The notes below the pieces were generated by a model. The model did not search any database. It saw nothing but the letters and a program-made list of their open reading frames with translations, and was not told the origin of the DNA. A program made the translations under genes and the position numbers. This document shows, in pieces, positions 1 to 10,541 of a stretch of DNA of 64,000 bases. Every line of letters starts with the position of its first letter. Position 1 is the stretch's first letter. Origin of the DNA: Octopus sinensis (taxonomy: Eukaryota); NCBI RefSeq assembly GCF_006345805.1, contig NC_042999.1, forward strand, positions 78,926,001-78,990,000, given 5' to 3'.

Positions 1-790
1 AAAGACTGAAAACAGTTTTTGCTTTATTCGTGTTTTGTGGCTATTTGTATTAGTTTTTCTTGCTTCTAAAGTAGGTATTTCTGTACTCCTATGGTTTTTA
101 TTTTGTAATAATTTTCTAGCCTCTGACACCTTCGACACTTTGTATATATAACCTTTCTATATAAGATTTTGGGTGGTGCATCCTAAATCCTTTTATTACT
201 TTTCGTGTTTTCCTGTCTATTTTGATTAGTTCATTTAGAGTCCGGTTAAGAATATTGTAGCTCTAACTTATCACTGGGACAGCTTTTATCTTGTTTTTCG
301 TATTGAGCTCTATTTTCAGTATTAATTGAACTCGTCTATAATATTTTTTGTCATATCTTCTCTTTCATTAGTTCATTGATTCCTGAGTATTTGTGTGTCT
401 GGTTTGGGTCTAATTCTCTTATTTCATTTGCTTTTTAGGTAGATTATTCTGCACTTCTTGAGACAGAATTCCATTTTAATATCAGTGCTAAAACAGTGGA
501 CTTTGATCACCAAGAACTCACTTGTGTCTCATCCTTGCCATACAGTTTCAAATCATCCATGAAGAGGAGTGGTTGAATATTTGGGATTTTTCCTTTAGTT
601 GGCACCCCAGGTTCATTTACCTAAGTGCGACGGTCAGAGATATCATGCAAAGAACAAAAAGCAACGGAGATAAGCTATCACCCTGGAAAATCCCTCTGTC
701 TGACTTTTAATACCAAGGATGAAGCATAGCGTCGGGTAGAGATTTTACATAAAACACTCACATGCTTTTGTAGTCCATACTCTCATACTT
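1..790 (-). mobile_element. R4/Dong-clade non-LTR retrotransposon RT remnant (degenerate)
   Basis: Minus-strand translation gives RGIFQGDSLSPLLFVLCMI (~647-697), LLFMDDLKLYGKD (~531-569) and RMHHPKSYIERLY (~140-183), motifs typical of R4/Dong RTs. It has frameshifts and stops. Weaker RT-like sequence probably continues at ~1121-1330 beyond an inserted SINE. Confidence 0.75.
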
Positions 791-792
791 TT

Positions 793-1118
793 GTGGCTCA
801 GTGGTTAGAGCGTTGGGCTCACAATCATGAGGTTGTGACTTCGATTTCCGGACCGGGGTGTGTGTTGTGTTCTTGAGCAAGACACTTTATTTCACGTTGC
901 TCCAGTTCACTTAACTGTAGAAATGAGTTGTCATGTTACTGGTGCCAAGTTGTATCGGCCTTTACCTTTCCCTTGGATAACATCGGTAGCGAGGAGAGGG
1001 GAGGCTGGTATGCATGGGTGACTACAATCTTTCATAAACAACCGCGTCTGCACTTGTGTCTCGGTGGGTAACTTTCTAGATGCAATCCCATGGTCATTTA
1101 TGACCGAAGGTGGTCTTT
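793..1118 (+). mobile_element. tRNA-derived SINE (head/core type A, tail Z) inserted in the R4 remnant
   Basis: A-box gtggctcagtggttagagc, B-box-like cttcgatttcc, core ttcttgagcaagacactttatttcacgttgctccagttcac; homologous to the minus-strand copy at 32812-33143. Confidence 0.8.
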
Positions 1119-1939
1119 CCGCATTAACCTTTACATAGGGTAGAGTAATACCAAGGCGACAGTCAAGAGAGATAGCGTTCTGTGACTCGTTGCCATATTT
1201 TTAGAACAGTTTGGGAGAATGGTATGTGTACAGTTAATTGGCCAATGGTTTGAAATTGCTATTTACTGGTACGGGTTAATGAATAAAAGAAGATGATAAT
1301 GTTAAGTGCAGGTAATGCAAGCAGTTAAATGAGATGGCTGACTGCTTCATCCCTAGTTGCTCGATCATTTCAAAGTCCATATTAAGAATATATTACAAGC
1401 ATGGATGTACACTCCTTTATCTCATAGCTCTGCCAGGCAGACTTTTTTCTCTTTGAGGCAATTTATATTTAGGAACTGTGCGTTGTAGGCTGTGCCAGTT
1501 AAAGAGGAATGACTGAAACTGCTTTCCCCATTTCTTCAATTAGATTTTTCTGTTTGGGAAACAGTACGTGCGTTGGTTATTGCCGCTGTTTTAGTTGTTA
1601 TCCTTAATAGTTTTGCTTAAATTGTCCAAATGATATATTTCATGTCATATATTTCGTTGTTAAACACATCTTCCTGTTGAGAAGTTGGATGTTTCTTTGT
1701 TTATTCGTTTTACTATGACACGTATTCGTTTTCACTCGAAAGTTGTAGAGAGTTTCTGCGTCAAGTAGCCAATTTGTTAGCTTATGAGTCGATAAAAAAT
1801 ATATCCTTTCTCAAACGGAGTAAAATAATACAAAGAATTATATTTCGAGCCCTCTGCGTAAAACCTTCATTTTACTTGGTAAGAATCTCCGATGGTGAGG
1901 GAGCGATGCGAAAACAAATTTAATCTCATAGAAGTAATA

Positions 1940-2016
1940 GTTGTAGTAGTAGTAGTAGTAGCAGCAGCAGCAGCAGTAGTAGTAATAGTAGTAGTAGTAG
2001 TAATGATAATTATGAT

Positions 2017-2058
<42 letters not shown>

Positions 2059-2202
2059 TACGCTGTAATGTTCCCTGTATCTTGTGGCAGATGAAGTAAA
2101 GACTGTATTAGTATTTTGTATACGCTAGTGCAATTAAATATTTTGTTATTGTATTGCCCTTGTGGCAAATAAGGAAATCATCGTCATCTTTATTATCATC
2201 CC

Positions 2203-2243
<41 letters not shown>

Positions 2244-2258
2244 CCATCATCATTATTT
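1940..2258. repeat. Trinucleotide microsatellites (GTA/GCA/AAT, then CAT)
   Basis: Direct inspection. Confidence 0.9.
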
Positions 2259-4289
2259 TAGAGTTTTAAATTAACTTTCGTTGTTGTTGTTTACAATTTG
2301 CAATTGCAGGTCATCTAAAACTCAATAAGGCAGGTGTTATTTTAAACAATCTGAACCGTTGCCAGGGGTTTTTGGTGCGGAGCTTCTTTCGATTTATTTT
2401 ATTATTTATTTGTTTTATTTCTTGTTTATTATTATTATTATTTTTTTTTTGTCTTTCTATTTTTCTTTTTTTCCTGTTTTCTTTTTCTGAAGCAATTTTC
2501 AAAATTAGCAAAGATATGATCTTTAAAACTAGAATGACAGCTGAGTCGTCGTCATTTGTTCTGTCATTCCATCATTTCATCATGATCTCTTGCCGGGACT
2601 TCACATTTTCGTTAAAGGGAAGTTAGCAAAAAGGGCTTCTGAACGAAGATGCGGTTGGGGTGGAACCTGAAAGGTGTTGGGTTTAGGTCTTCAAAGATTA
2701 TAATTGAATATTTTAAGCAGTGAATGAATAAATAAATGGAGGAAGGAATAAATGGATGAATATTAGTACCAGAATCGGCAACCCCTGATATTTTTGTTGT
2801 TTTAATTTTATTTTTAAACGTTTATTTAATTTTTCTTTTGAGTTTTTTTTTTTTATCTCCGCCTACAAATCTTTTTTTATGTTTTGAAAAATGTTATATA
2901 TGTGTATGCGTATACATGCACACATAAACATAAACACACAATTACACGCATACACACATACAATTACACACACAAATGCTTATACGCACATCCACACATA
3001 TTTACAGATACACAAATATACACGCACACTTACATACACACGTTTACATGCACACACACAATAGTTTATACACTGATACACACAAACATTTATGCACACA
3101 GACACACACATATACAATCACACCTAAAAAGTTACGCATATACTGACACACACACGCGTGCACACACACATGCACACACACAAACACGCTCGTTTAGTAC
3201 ACGCTAAAAAAAATTGTATTTTGCATATTTACGTTTTCTTCTCCTTTAAGTGTATGTACACGAGTGTGTGTGTGTGTGTTTATATGTTTATATGTGTGTG
3301 TATGTGCTTATGTGATTATATGTGTATTTTTGGCTTTTTATTTTTTATTTTCGAAGACAGTTGCTAATCATTTTTTTATTATCTTTATGCAAACTTTCTT
3401 TGTAAAAGATTGTTCATAGTCTCAATTGTTCAAGGTTTAAAAACAAAAAAACGATGTCTGACAATTTCGCTATTATGAAAACACTCAAATTGTTGGATCA
3501 AGTAATTTCTTCATCCTGCATGCATACGTGTGATGTTTTGTTTTAGAGGATTCTTTTATTCTTTTATTCGTTTATTGATTTATTGACTCATTCGTTTGAA
3601 TGCTTATGGAGCAAATTAAATCCTAAAGATTCCGATGCAAGCGATAATTATACGCCAATACAGAGAACGGAATCACATTGAAATCACTACGCAGTAATTC
3701 GCTGTTAGTTTAGTGTTCAGTAGCCTAACCTAAACACTGCTACTATCACCAAATCACCACTATCAACCCAACTAACTACCATAATCCTTCATTCTCTTAA
3801 TTTTTGAAAAGAAAATTTTACGTATTCTGCAGCATATAGGTCTGCCCACGTCTGCTGTTTTGCTATTTTCTCTTGTTGTTCTTATCGTAACAACAACAAT
3901 AACAACAACAACAACGACGACGACGATGATTATAATAATAGTTTCAAATTTTGGCACAAGGCCAGTAATATCGGGAAGGGATTAAGTCGATTGTATCGAC
4001 ACCTATGCTCAACTGATATTTATTTCATGGACCCTGAAAAGATGAAAGGCAAAGTCGACCTCGGTGGAATAACTACAGCAGTAATAATAATGATTTCTTT
4101 TATTAGCCACGGGGGCATAGATGAGGGGGAATATCACAAGGACAGAAAAGTTATTTGTGTGGGGATTTACATATAGGATCGGATAAAGAAATGGAAAAAG
4201 ACAGTGAAATACGATAAACGTCTACATAGCATACAAAATATGTGTTGACATCAATGATGCAATCCTCGTGATAAAGCAAAGTTCCAAGA

Positions 4290-4580
4290 CGGAACAGTCA
4301 AGGAACCCCACAAATCAAGGATTACCTTTTCCACCAAAGGTACAAGCCCTCTCTCTAGCTCTTCAATCTACAGGTGCATACTTAGGATAGGGTCATTCAC
4401 ATTTTTGCCACGGTCACCCATCTTTTCATAAATTCACTGGAAGGTAGCACTTCCCTTTTCATCTTCACTTTCCCTTTCCAAGTTGAACTATAAAAAGTTG
4501 ACGAGAGCTTGACCGAAGAGGTAGGTGTCTTTCTTCAATCCTTTTAGCCTCGTCCATCACACAACCTCCGTCCTTTCTAT
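4290..4580 (-). mobile_element. Possible L1/Tx1-like LINE ORF2 C-terminal remnant
   Basis: Minus strand reads WTRLKGLKKDTYLFGQALVNF and KRWVTVAKM-like segments resembling L1/Tx1 ORF2 C-termini; degenerate, recognised from memory only. Confidence 0.4.
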
Positions 4581-4876
4581 TTCAAGCACAAAGCCTAAAA
4601 TTTTGGGGAAGAGGCTAGTCGATTACATTAACCCCAGTACTCGACTGGTACATATTTAATCGTCTCCGAAGGGATGAAAGGCAAGTGCTGTAATGATGCC
4701 TTCGTAATGTTGAAATAAATGCCCGATGATATTTATTACATACTAGAGAAGAGGTTGATTGTCTCTTGTTCAACGTCAGAGAACTTTTTGGAGCTAATAG
4801 GACACTGTGATGGGTCGCTCCTCCACGACAGACTCACAACACTGTGCAACCGATTCTGAGAGACAGATAGATGGAA

Positions 4877-4911
<35 letters not shown>

Positions 4912-4949
4912 AAATTTGGTTAGGAAGGAAGGATAAGAGGAGAGTCAGC

Positions 4950-5107
4950 TCGATTTACTTACTGGTATTTTATTTATCCAACCCAGAAGGATGAATGGCA
5001 AAGTTCATCTCGGTGGGATTTGAACTCGGAATGCAAAAAGCCGGAACAATTACTGCATAACATTTTCCCGACGCGCTAACGATTCCACCAATCAAGCATC
5101 TTCTCTT

Positions 5108-5158
<51 letters not shown>

Positions 5159-5159
5159 G

Positions 5160-5198
<39 letters not shown>

Positions 5199-5412
5199 GT
5201 GTTTCTAATTTTGGTTTCAAATTTTGGCGCCAGGCCAGAATTTTGAGGAAGGGGTAAGTTGACCACATTAGCCCCAGTGCTCAACTGATACTTATCTTAC
5301 CGACCCTGAAAGGATGAAAGGCAGAATTCGAATTCAAAAAGTAAAGATGGACGAAATGCCGCCGAGCATTTATTTTTGTTCCCCGTACTAACGATTCTGC
5401 CAGCTCGCCGCC
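4950..5412 (-). mobile_element. Two type-C SINE copies (ggcggtgagctggcagaatcgttag head) separated by a (CAT)n tract
   Basis: Reverse complement of the head at ~5390-5412 and body (gatgaaaggcaaagtc..., tttcaaattttggc) match plus-strand copies at 25625, 28748, 28981 and 30870; (CAT)n at 5105-5198. Further fragments at 3945-4068, 4583-4685 and 6660-6740. Confidence 0.7.
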
Positions 5413-5439
5413 TAATCAATGTTTCTAATATTATCATCA

Positions 5440-6228
5440 CCCACTACTTCTCAAATAAACACCAGAATATCACCACCACCACCATCACCACCAACACCAA
5501 CACCACCACCACCACCACCACCACCACCACCATCAACAACAGCACCATGTTTGCCACTACTAAACCAGGACCACCACCAATCTACGATCACCATCACCAA
5601 AACCATCACCATCACCAAGATCATCACCATCACCAAAACCATTACCATCACCAAAACATCACCATCATTATAACCACCATCACCACCATCATTACCACCA
5701 TTCCCGCCAACTCCACAATCCCCATCACCACCACCATCATCAGCAACTCCACCACAACTTACGAAATTTCTACGAAAACACCGTTATAAACTCCGTGGCA
5801 ACCTTCATCCGATTATTAACGTATTTCTCCTCTTACTACGTCTTCGCTACTTTGCCGAAATCGTTACAGTAACTCAGCCTCCATCAACACCATTTCATCA
5901 GCTCTGTAAACGATAATGCTGCTGATGGAAGTTTAGAGATAACGACATACACACAAACCCTCCATCATCAGCATTCATATCACTAACTTAAGCATCATTA
6001 ATCACAATTCTCTAAGATATCATCGTCATCGTCGTCTTCGTTGTTGTCGCGGCCAACATTTTCATCACCCTCATCATTGTCGCCGTCGCCGTCGTCGACG
6101 TCATCATCATCATCATCATCATCATCACCATCACCAGCACCAGCACCATCACCACCACCACCACCACCACCACCACAACCACCAGCACCACCAGCACCAG
6201 CACCACCACCATCATCATCATCATCGTG
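5440..6228. repeat. CAC/CAT-type trinucleotide microsatellite clusters
   Basis: Direct inspection; these are the source of the Pro/Thr/Val/Met-rich spurious ORFs. Confidence 0.9.
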
Positions 6229-6988
6229 ATTTTGTAGTCTTCCAAGAAATTAACGCTATCAGAAACCCGCAAATGTTGTACCTGCTGCTGCTACAGCCAC
6301 CGTTGTTGTTGATCTTGCTGTTGTTTAGCCTCAGCTTAGTTTTGAACAGATTCATGATCAAAAGCATGCTAGTCGAGACTACGGCAGCTTTTTTCCTGGC
6401 ACAGTACGCCTATACCCACATTGTCCAACAGATCATTCTTTTCTAAGTCGGAAATTTGAGGGGCATGCTGCCCCTGTTTCCAGCAATTCTGGAGACCGCG
6501 TAGTCGCTCCCTCCTTAGTCCACAATTTATTTTTTTGTTTATTTTATTTTGCTTAGAAGGCTGAAGTCGATTTAACTGATCAAAGTACTTGACGAGTAGT
6601 CGTCGATGCCAACATTTTCGTCGTCGCAACAACAAAATAAACCTTCCTACTATAGGCACGAATTATGGGGGAGCGGGCTATTCCGTTACATCGATCCTGA
6701 AAGGACAAAAAGCAAAGGAGACTTTAGCGAAATTTGAACTCAATATTTAAAGACGGTCAAGAAACGACGAAATAATGAAAGACAATTGGGATATATGCAA
6801 AGTTTCAAATCAGTATGTAGAACGCGAATAAATACACTGTAAAACATTTTGTCCATCGTATTAACACACTTCAGGAAATGCACTATTCTTCGAGAAATAA
6901 TACAGTTCTTTGGGAATTTCACCGATCTTTCGGAAACATATGTATGCATGTATGTATGCATATATATATGCACATGTATATATATATA

Positions 6989-7035
<47 letters not shown>

Positions 7036-7251
7036 ATATATACATCTGTATATATATGCACAGGTATATATACATATATATGTAAGTACAAATAAAGATT
7101 ACAAGCCTCATTGAGGGATAACAAAATCCTTTGAAAGTACTGGTTAGTTGAACATTACAGTTAATACTCAACTGCAAGGTAACTATATAACCCGTAGTTT
7201 ATATATATATATACATATATATATATTCATATATATATATTATAATCAGAT

Positions 7252-7475
7252 AAGAAAATAGAGAAATAATTAATATATTATTATTTATTTATTTATTTAT
7301 TAAAAAACACCTATTTTGTATATCTTAAACTACCTCTGACGATATTCGACTTTCAAATAATCTTTAATTTCATTAATTAATTTTCTGAAGGTCTTGAATT
7401 GAAACAACTGTAAGGGATGTTTGTCAATTTTTTAAGTAATATATAATGATTTATTAATTATCTCTCTATTTTCTT
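7252..7475. mobile_element. ~224-bp element with 24-bp terminal inverted repeats, embedded between (TA)n tracts (MITE or inverted-pLTR PLE tail)
   Basis: aagaaaatagagaaataattaata (7252-7275) matches the reverse complement of 7452-7475 at 23/24 positions. Confidence 0.55.
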
Positions 7476-7503
<28 letters not shown>

Positions 7504-7512
<9 letters not shown>

Positions 7513-8745
7513 AATCCAAACGGGAAAACAAAAAAACAACAACAATGGAACAATTACAGTATTATTATTAATAGGCGCTCAGGAAATGGAAGCAGGAGGG
7601 TATGACGTTTCGAGCGGAGCTCTTCGTCGGAAACATAAAGAAGGAAGAGAGAGGAAAGAAAGATCCCAAAGCGGGCAACAGGGATAGAGAAAAAAAACGA
7701 CTGGTGTTTACGAGTTGCACATGGTGAAAGGCGGAAGTTTACGATAACAAGAGCAAAGTAGGTTTTTAAAGGCAAAAGAGTGGAGACAAGGTTGGTAACG
7801 CAACAGATGTGTGTGTATGTGTGAGTGTGTGCGTGTGCGTGTGTGTATGTGTGTGTGTGAGGCGAGATAAAAAAACAAAATATATATGTATGTGTTAGTG
7901 TGTGCGTCTGTGTGTAGGCGTGTGAGGTAGGGCGAGACAGTGGTAGGCATAGCAGACACTGGTCAGTAGTAAGAAAAAGAAGGAAGGAGGAAGGGAGGGA
8001 GGGGAAGGGGTGGGGGCGTATGTAGCGTGCCAGCGTGTGTTGAGTAGTGTGTGTGTGTGTGTCCAGTGTCGTGGTAGTATTAATGGCGAGTAGATTGAAT
8101 GTGTGTAAGAGTAATGTATATATTTAAGCAATGTGTGTATATGTGTGCGCGTGTGTGTAACAAAAAAGGGGGGGGGGTTAAGGAAAAAGGACTCCAGCTG
8201 AGGGGAAGATGGAAGAGTGGTCCCGCGGAGACGGGCGTGGGAAAACCCAACGACAAGCGACGGTCTCAGGAACGAGCGGGAGGTCTCGTCGGGTCCAAGA
8301 GCGAGGTGCATGCAGCGCGTATGCGTGCGCGAACCGGCGCAAGCGCGTGTGTGCGCGCGCCTGCGAGTATGCGCGTAAGTGTGTATGTGTGTGGATGTGT
8401 GAGTGTGTCTGTGTGTATGTCTGGGTGTCAGTGTGTCCGATGAAATGTATGTGAGTATGTGTGTATATATGTGTGTGCATAGATGTATGTCCGTGTGTGT
8501 GTGTGTGTGTGTATGTGTATGAGTGTGTATGTATGTACGTGTGGGTGTGTGGAAGTGTGTGTATGTGCATGTGTGTGCGCGTACATACAGGTGTGTGAGT
8601 GAGTGTGTGTGTGTGTGTATGTATGTGTGAGTGTGTATGTATGTGTGTGTAGGATGCATGTATGTGTATGGGTGTATGTATGTGTGTGTGTATGTATGTA
8701 TGTGTACGTGCGTGTGTGCGTGTGTATGCGTGTAGGTGTGCGCGT
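7504..8745 (-). repeat. 3' pseudo-LTR copy of the PLE
   Basis: About 98-99% identical by eye to 13727-14959; differences are mostly 1-2 bp indels. Confidence 0.92.
7600..7634 (-). ncRNA. Minimal type-I hammerhead-ribozyme-like motif (core CCGACGA); identical copy at 13823-13857
   Basis: Element sense gttt-CCGACGA-A-GAGC-tcc-GCTC-GAAA-C-GTC-atac. It has the topology of the minimal PLE hammerheads, with U4 replaced by C. Confidence 0.55.
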
Positions 8746-10541
8746 GTGCATGCATGCATGCATGTGCGTATGTGTGTGTGTGTGCATGTGTGTGGGTATA
8801 TATGTATGTGCGTATATGTGTGTGTATGTGCGTACATGTGTGTGTGTGTATGCATGTGTGTGTATGTAGGTGTGTAGGCGTGTGTGCATAGGTGTATGTA
8901 TGTAAGTATGTATGGGTGTGTCCGTGTATGTGTGTGTATGTATGTGTGTGTATGTAGGTGTGTGGGCGTGTGTATATGTGTGTGTATGTAGGTGTGTGGG
9001 CGTGTGTATATAGGTGTATGTATGTATGTCTGGGTGTGTCCGTGCATGTTTGTGTGTGTGTGTATGCATGTGTATGTAGGTGTGTGTGTACGTGTGTAAT
9101 GTATGTGTGTATGCGTGTGTGTGCGTGTGTATGCGTGCGTGTGTGTATGTAGGTGCGTGTGTATGTGTGTGGGAGTGTAGGTGTGTGTGTGTGCGTGTGC
9201 GTGTTTATGTTGGTGTGTGCGTATGTGAGTGTGAGTGTATGGGTGTTTGTCATGCATGTGTGTGCGCGTGCAGGTGAGTGTGTGTGTAAGTATGTGTGTG
9301 TGTATGTTTGTGTGAGTGTGTATGTGTGTATGTCTGTGTGTATGTATGTGCGTATAGGAGTATGTAGGTATGTGTGTGTGTATGTGTATGGGTGTATGTA
9401 TGTATGTGTGTGTGTGTGCATGTGTATAAGTATATGTGTGTGTGCGTATGTGTGTGTATGTGTATGTGTGTGTGTGTTTATGTATGTGTGTATGTATGTA
9501 TGTAGGCGTGTGTGTGTAGATGTATGTATGTATGGGTGTGTGTCTGTGTGTGTTTGTGTGTGTGCGTAGGTAGGTGTGTGTGTCTGAGTGAGGGTATGGC
9601 TCTGTAGGTGTGTGTGTGTATGAATGTAAGTGTGTGTGTGTACAAGTGTAATGTATGTATGTAGGTGTGTGTGTGTGTGTGTATGTGTACGTGTGCGTGT
9701 GTATGTGTGTGTGTGTATGCGTGTGAGTGTGAGTGTATGGGTGTATGTCTGTGTGTGTGTATGTCTGAAGTAGGTATGTGTGTGTATGTATGTATGTGTG
9801 TGTGTGCGGGTATGTGTGTGTGTGTATGTGTGTGTGTGTGAGTAGGTGTGCGTGTATGTATGTGGGTAGGGATGCATGCGAGTGTGTGGGTATGTATGCA
9901 TACATACGCACGCGCACATCCGAAGCAAGCCCACACACACGAAGCGCGCTCACGCACACAACGCGCAAGCAGTACAACGCAAGCCCAAGGTGCCGACCAA
10001 GCCCCCAGCGCGCGCCAAGGCGCGCGAGCGCAAAGGTCCTCGAACGCCCCGCTGCGCGGGAACCGAGGATCCATCAGCCAAAACCGGAAAGCAGAAAAGA
10101 GGGGGGGCTGCCTGGATGCAAAAAGGTGTATGTGTGTGTGCATTCAGTGTAAGGGTGTGCATGTGTGGGTATGTATGTATGTGTGTGCCTACATGTATGT
10201 GTGCATGTGTGTGTCTGTGAAGTATGTACGTGCGGTGGTGTGTGTGAGTGGGTGTGTGTATGTATGTGCGTATGTATGTGTGTATGTATGTGTGTATGTA
10301 TGTCTGTGGTGTGTGTGTGTGTTGTAAGTATGTATGTGTGTGTGTGTATGTAGTATGTGTGTGTGTATGTGCATGTTGGTTTGTATGTTAGTGTGTGCAT
10401 GTATGTCTATAAGTGTGTGTGATTAAATGTGTGAATGTATGTACGTAGGGTCTACGTATGTGTGTGTGTGAACAGGCGTGTGGGAGGTAGGTAGGTGGGT
10501 GGGTGTGGTGGGTGGTGTATCCGGAAAAAAAAAAGGGGATC

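Noticed and set aside
793-870. tRNA-like sequences (also 18219, 26670-26740, 33070-33143, 47290-47358, 51750-51820) as tRNA genes
   Set aside because: Cloverleaves are imperfect and each continues into a repeated SINE core and tail; they are SINE heads.
4970-6272. Poly-Asp, poly-Pro, poly-Val/Met ORFs
   Set aside because: Translations of CAT/CAC trinucleotide microsatellites.
7895-9977. 681-aa and 599-aa His/Thr-rich ORFs on the PLE sense strand, as a possible second PLE protein
   Set aside because: (CA)n and (CATA)n contain no stop codon in any frame on that strand, so several overlapping long ORFs are expected by composition alone. There is no domain or codon signal.
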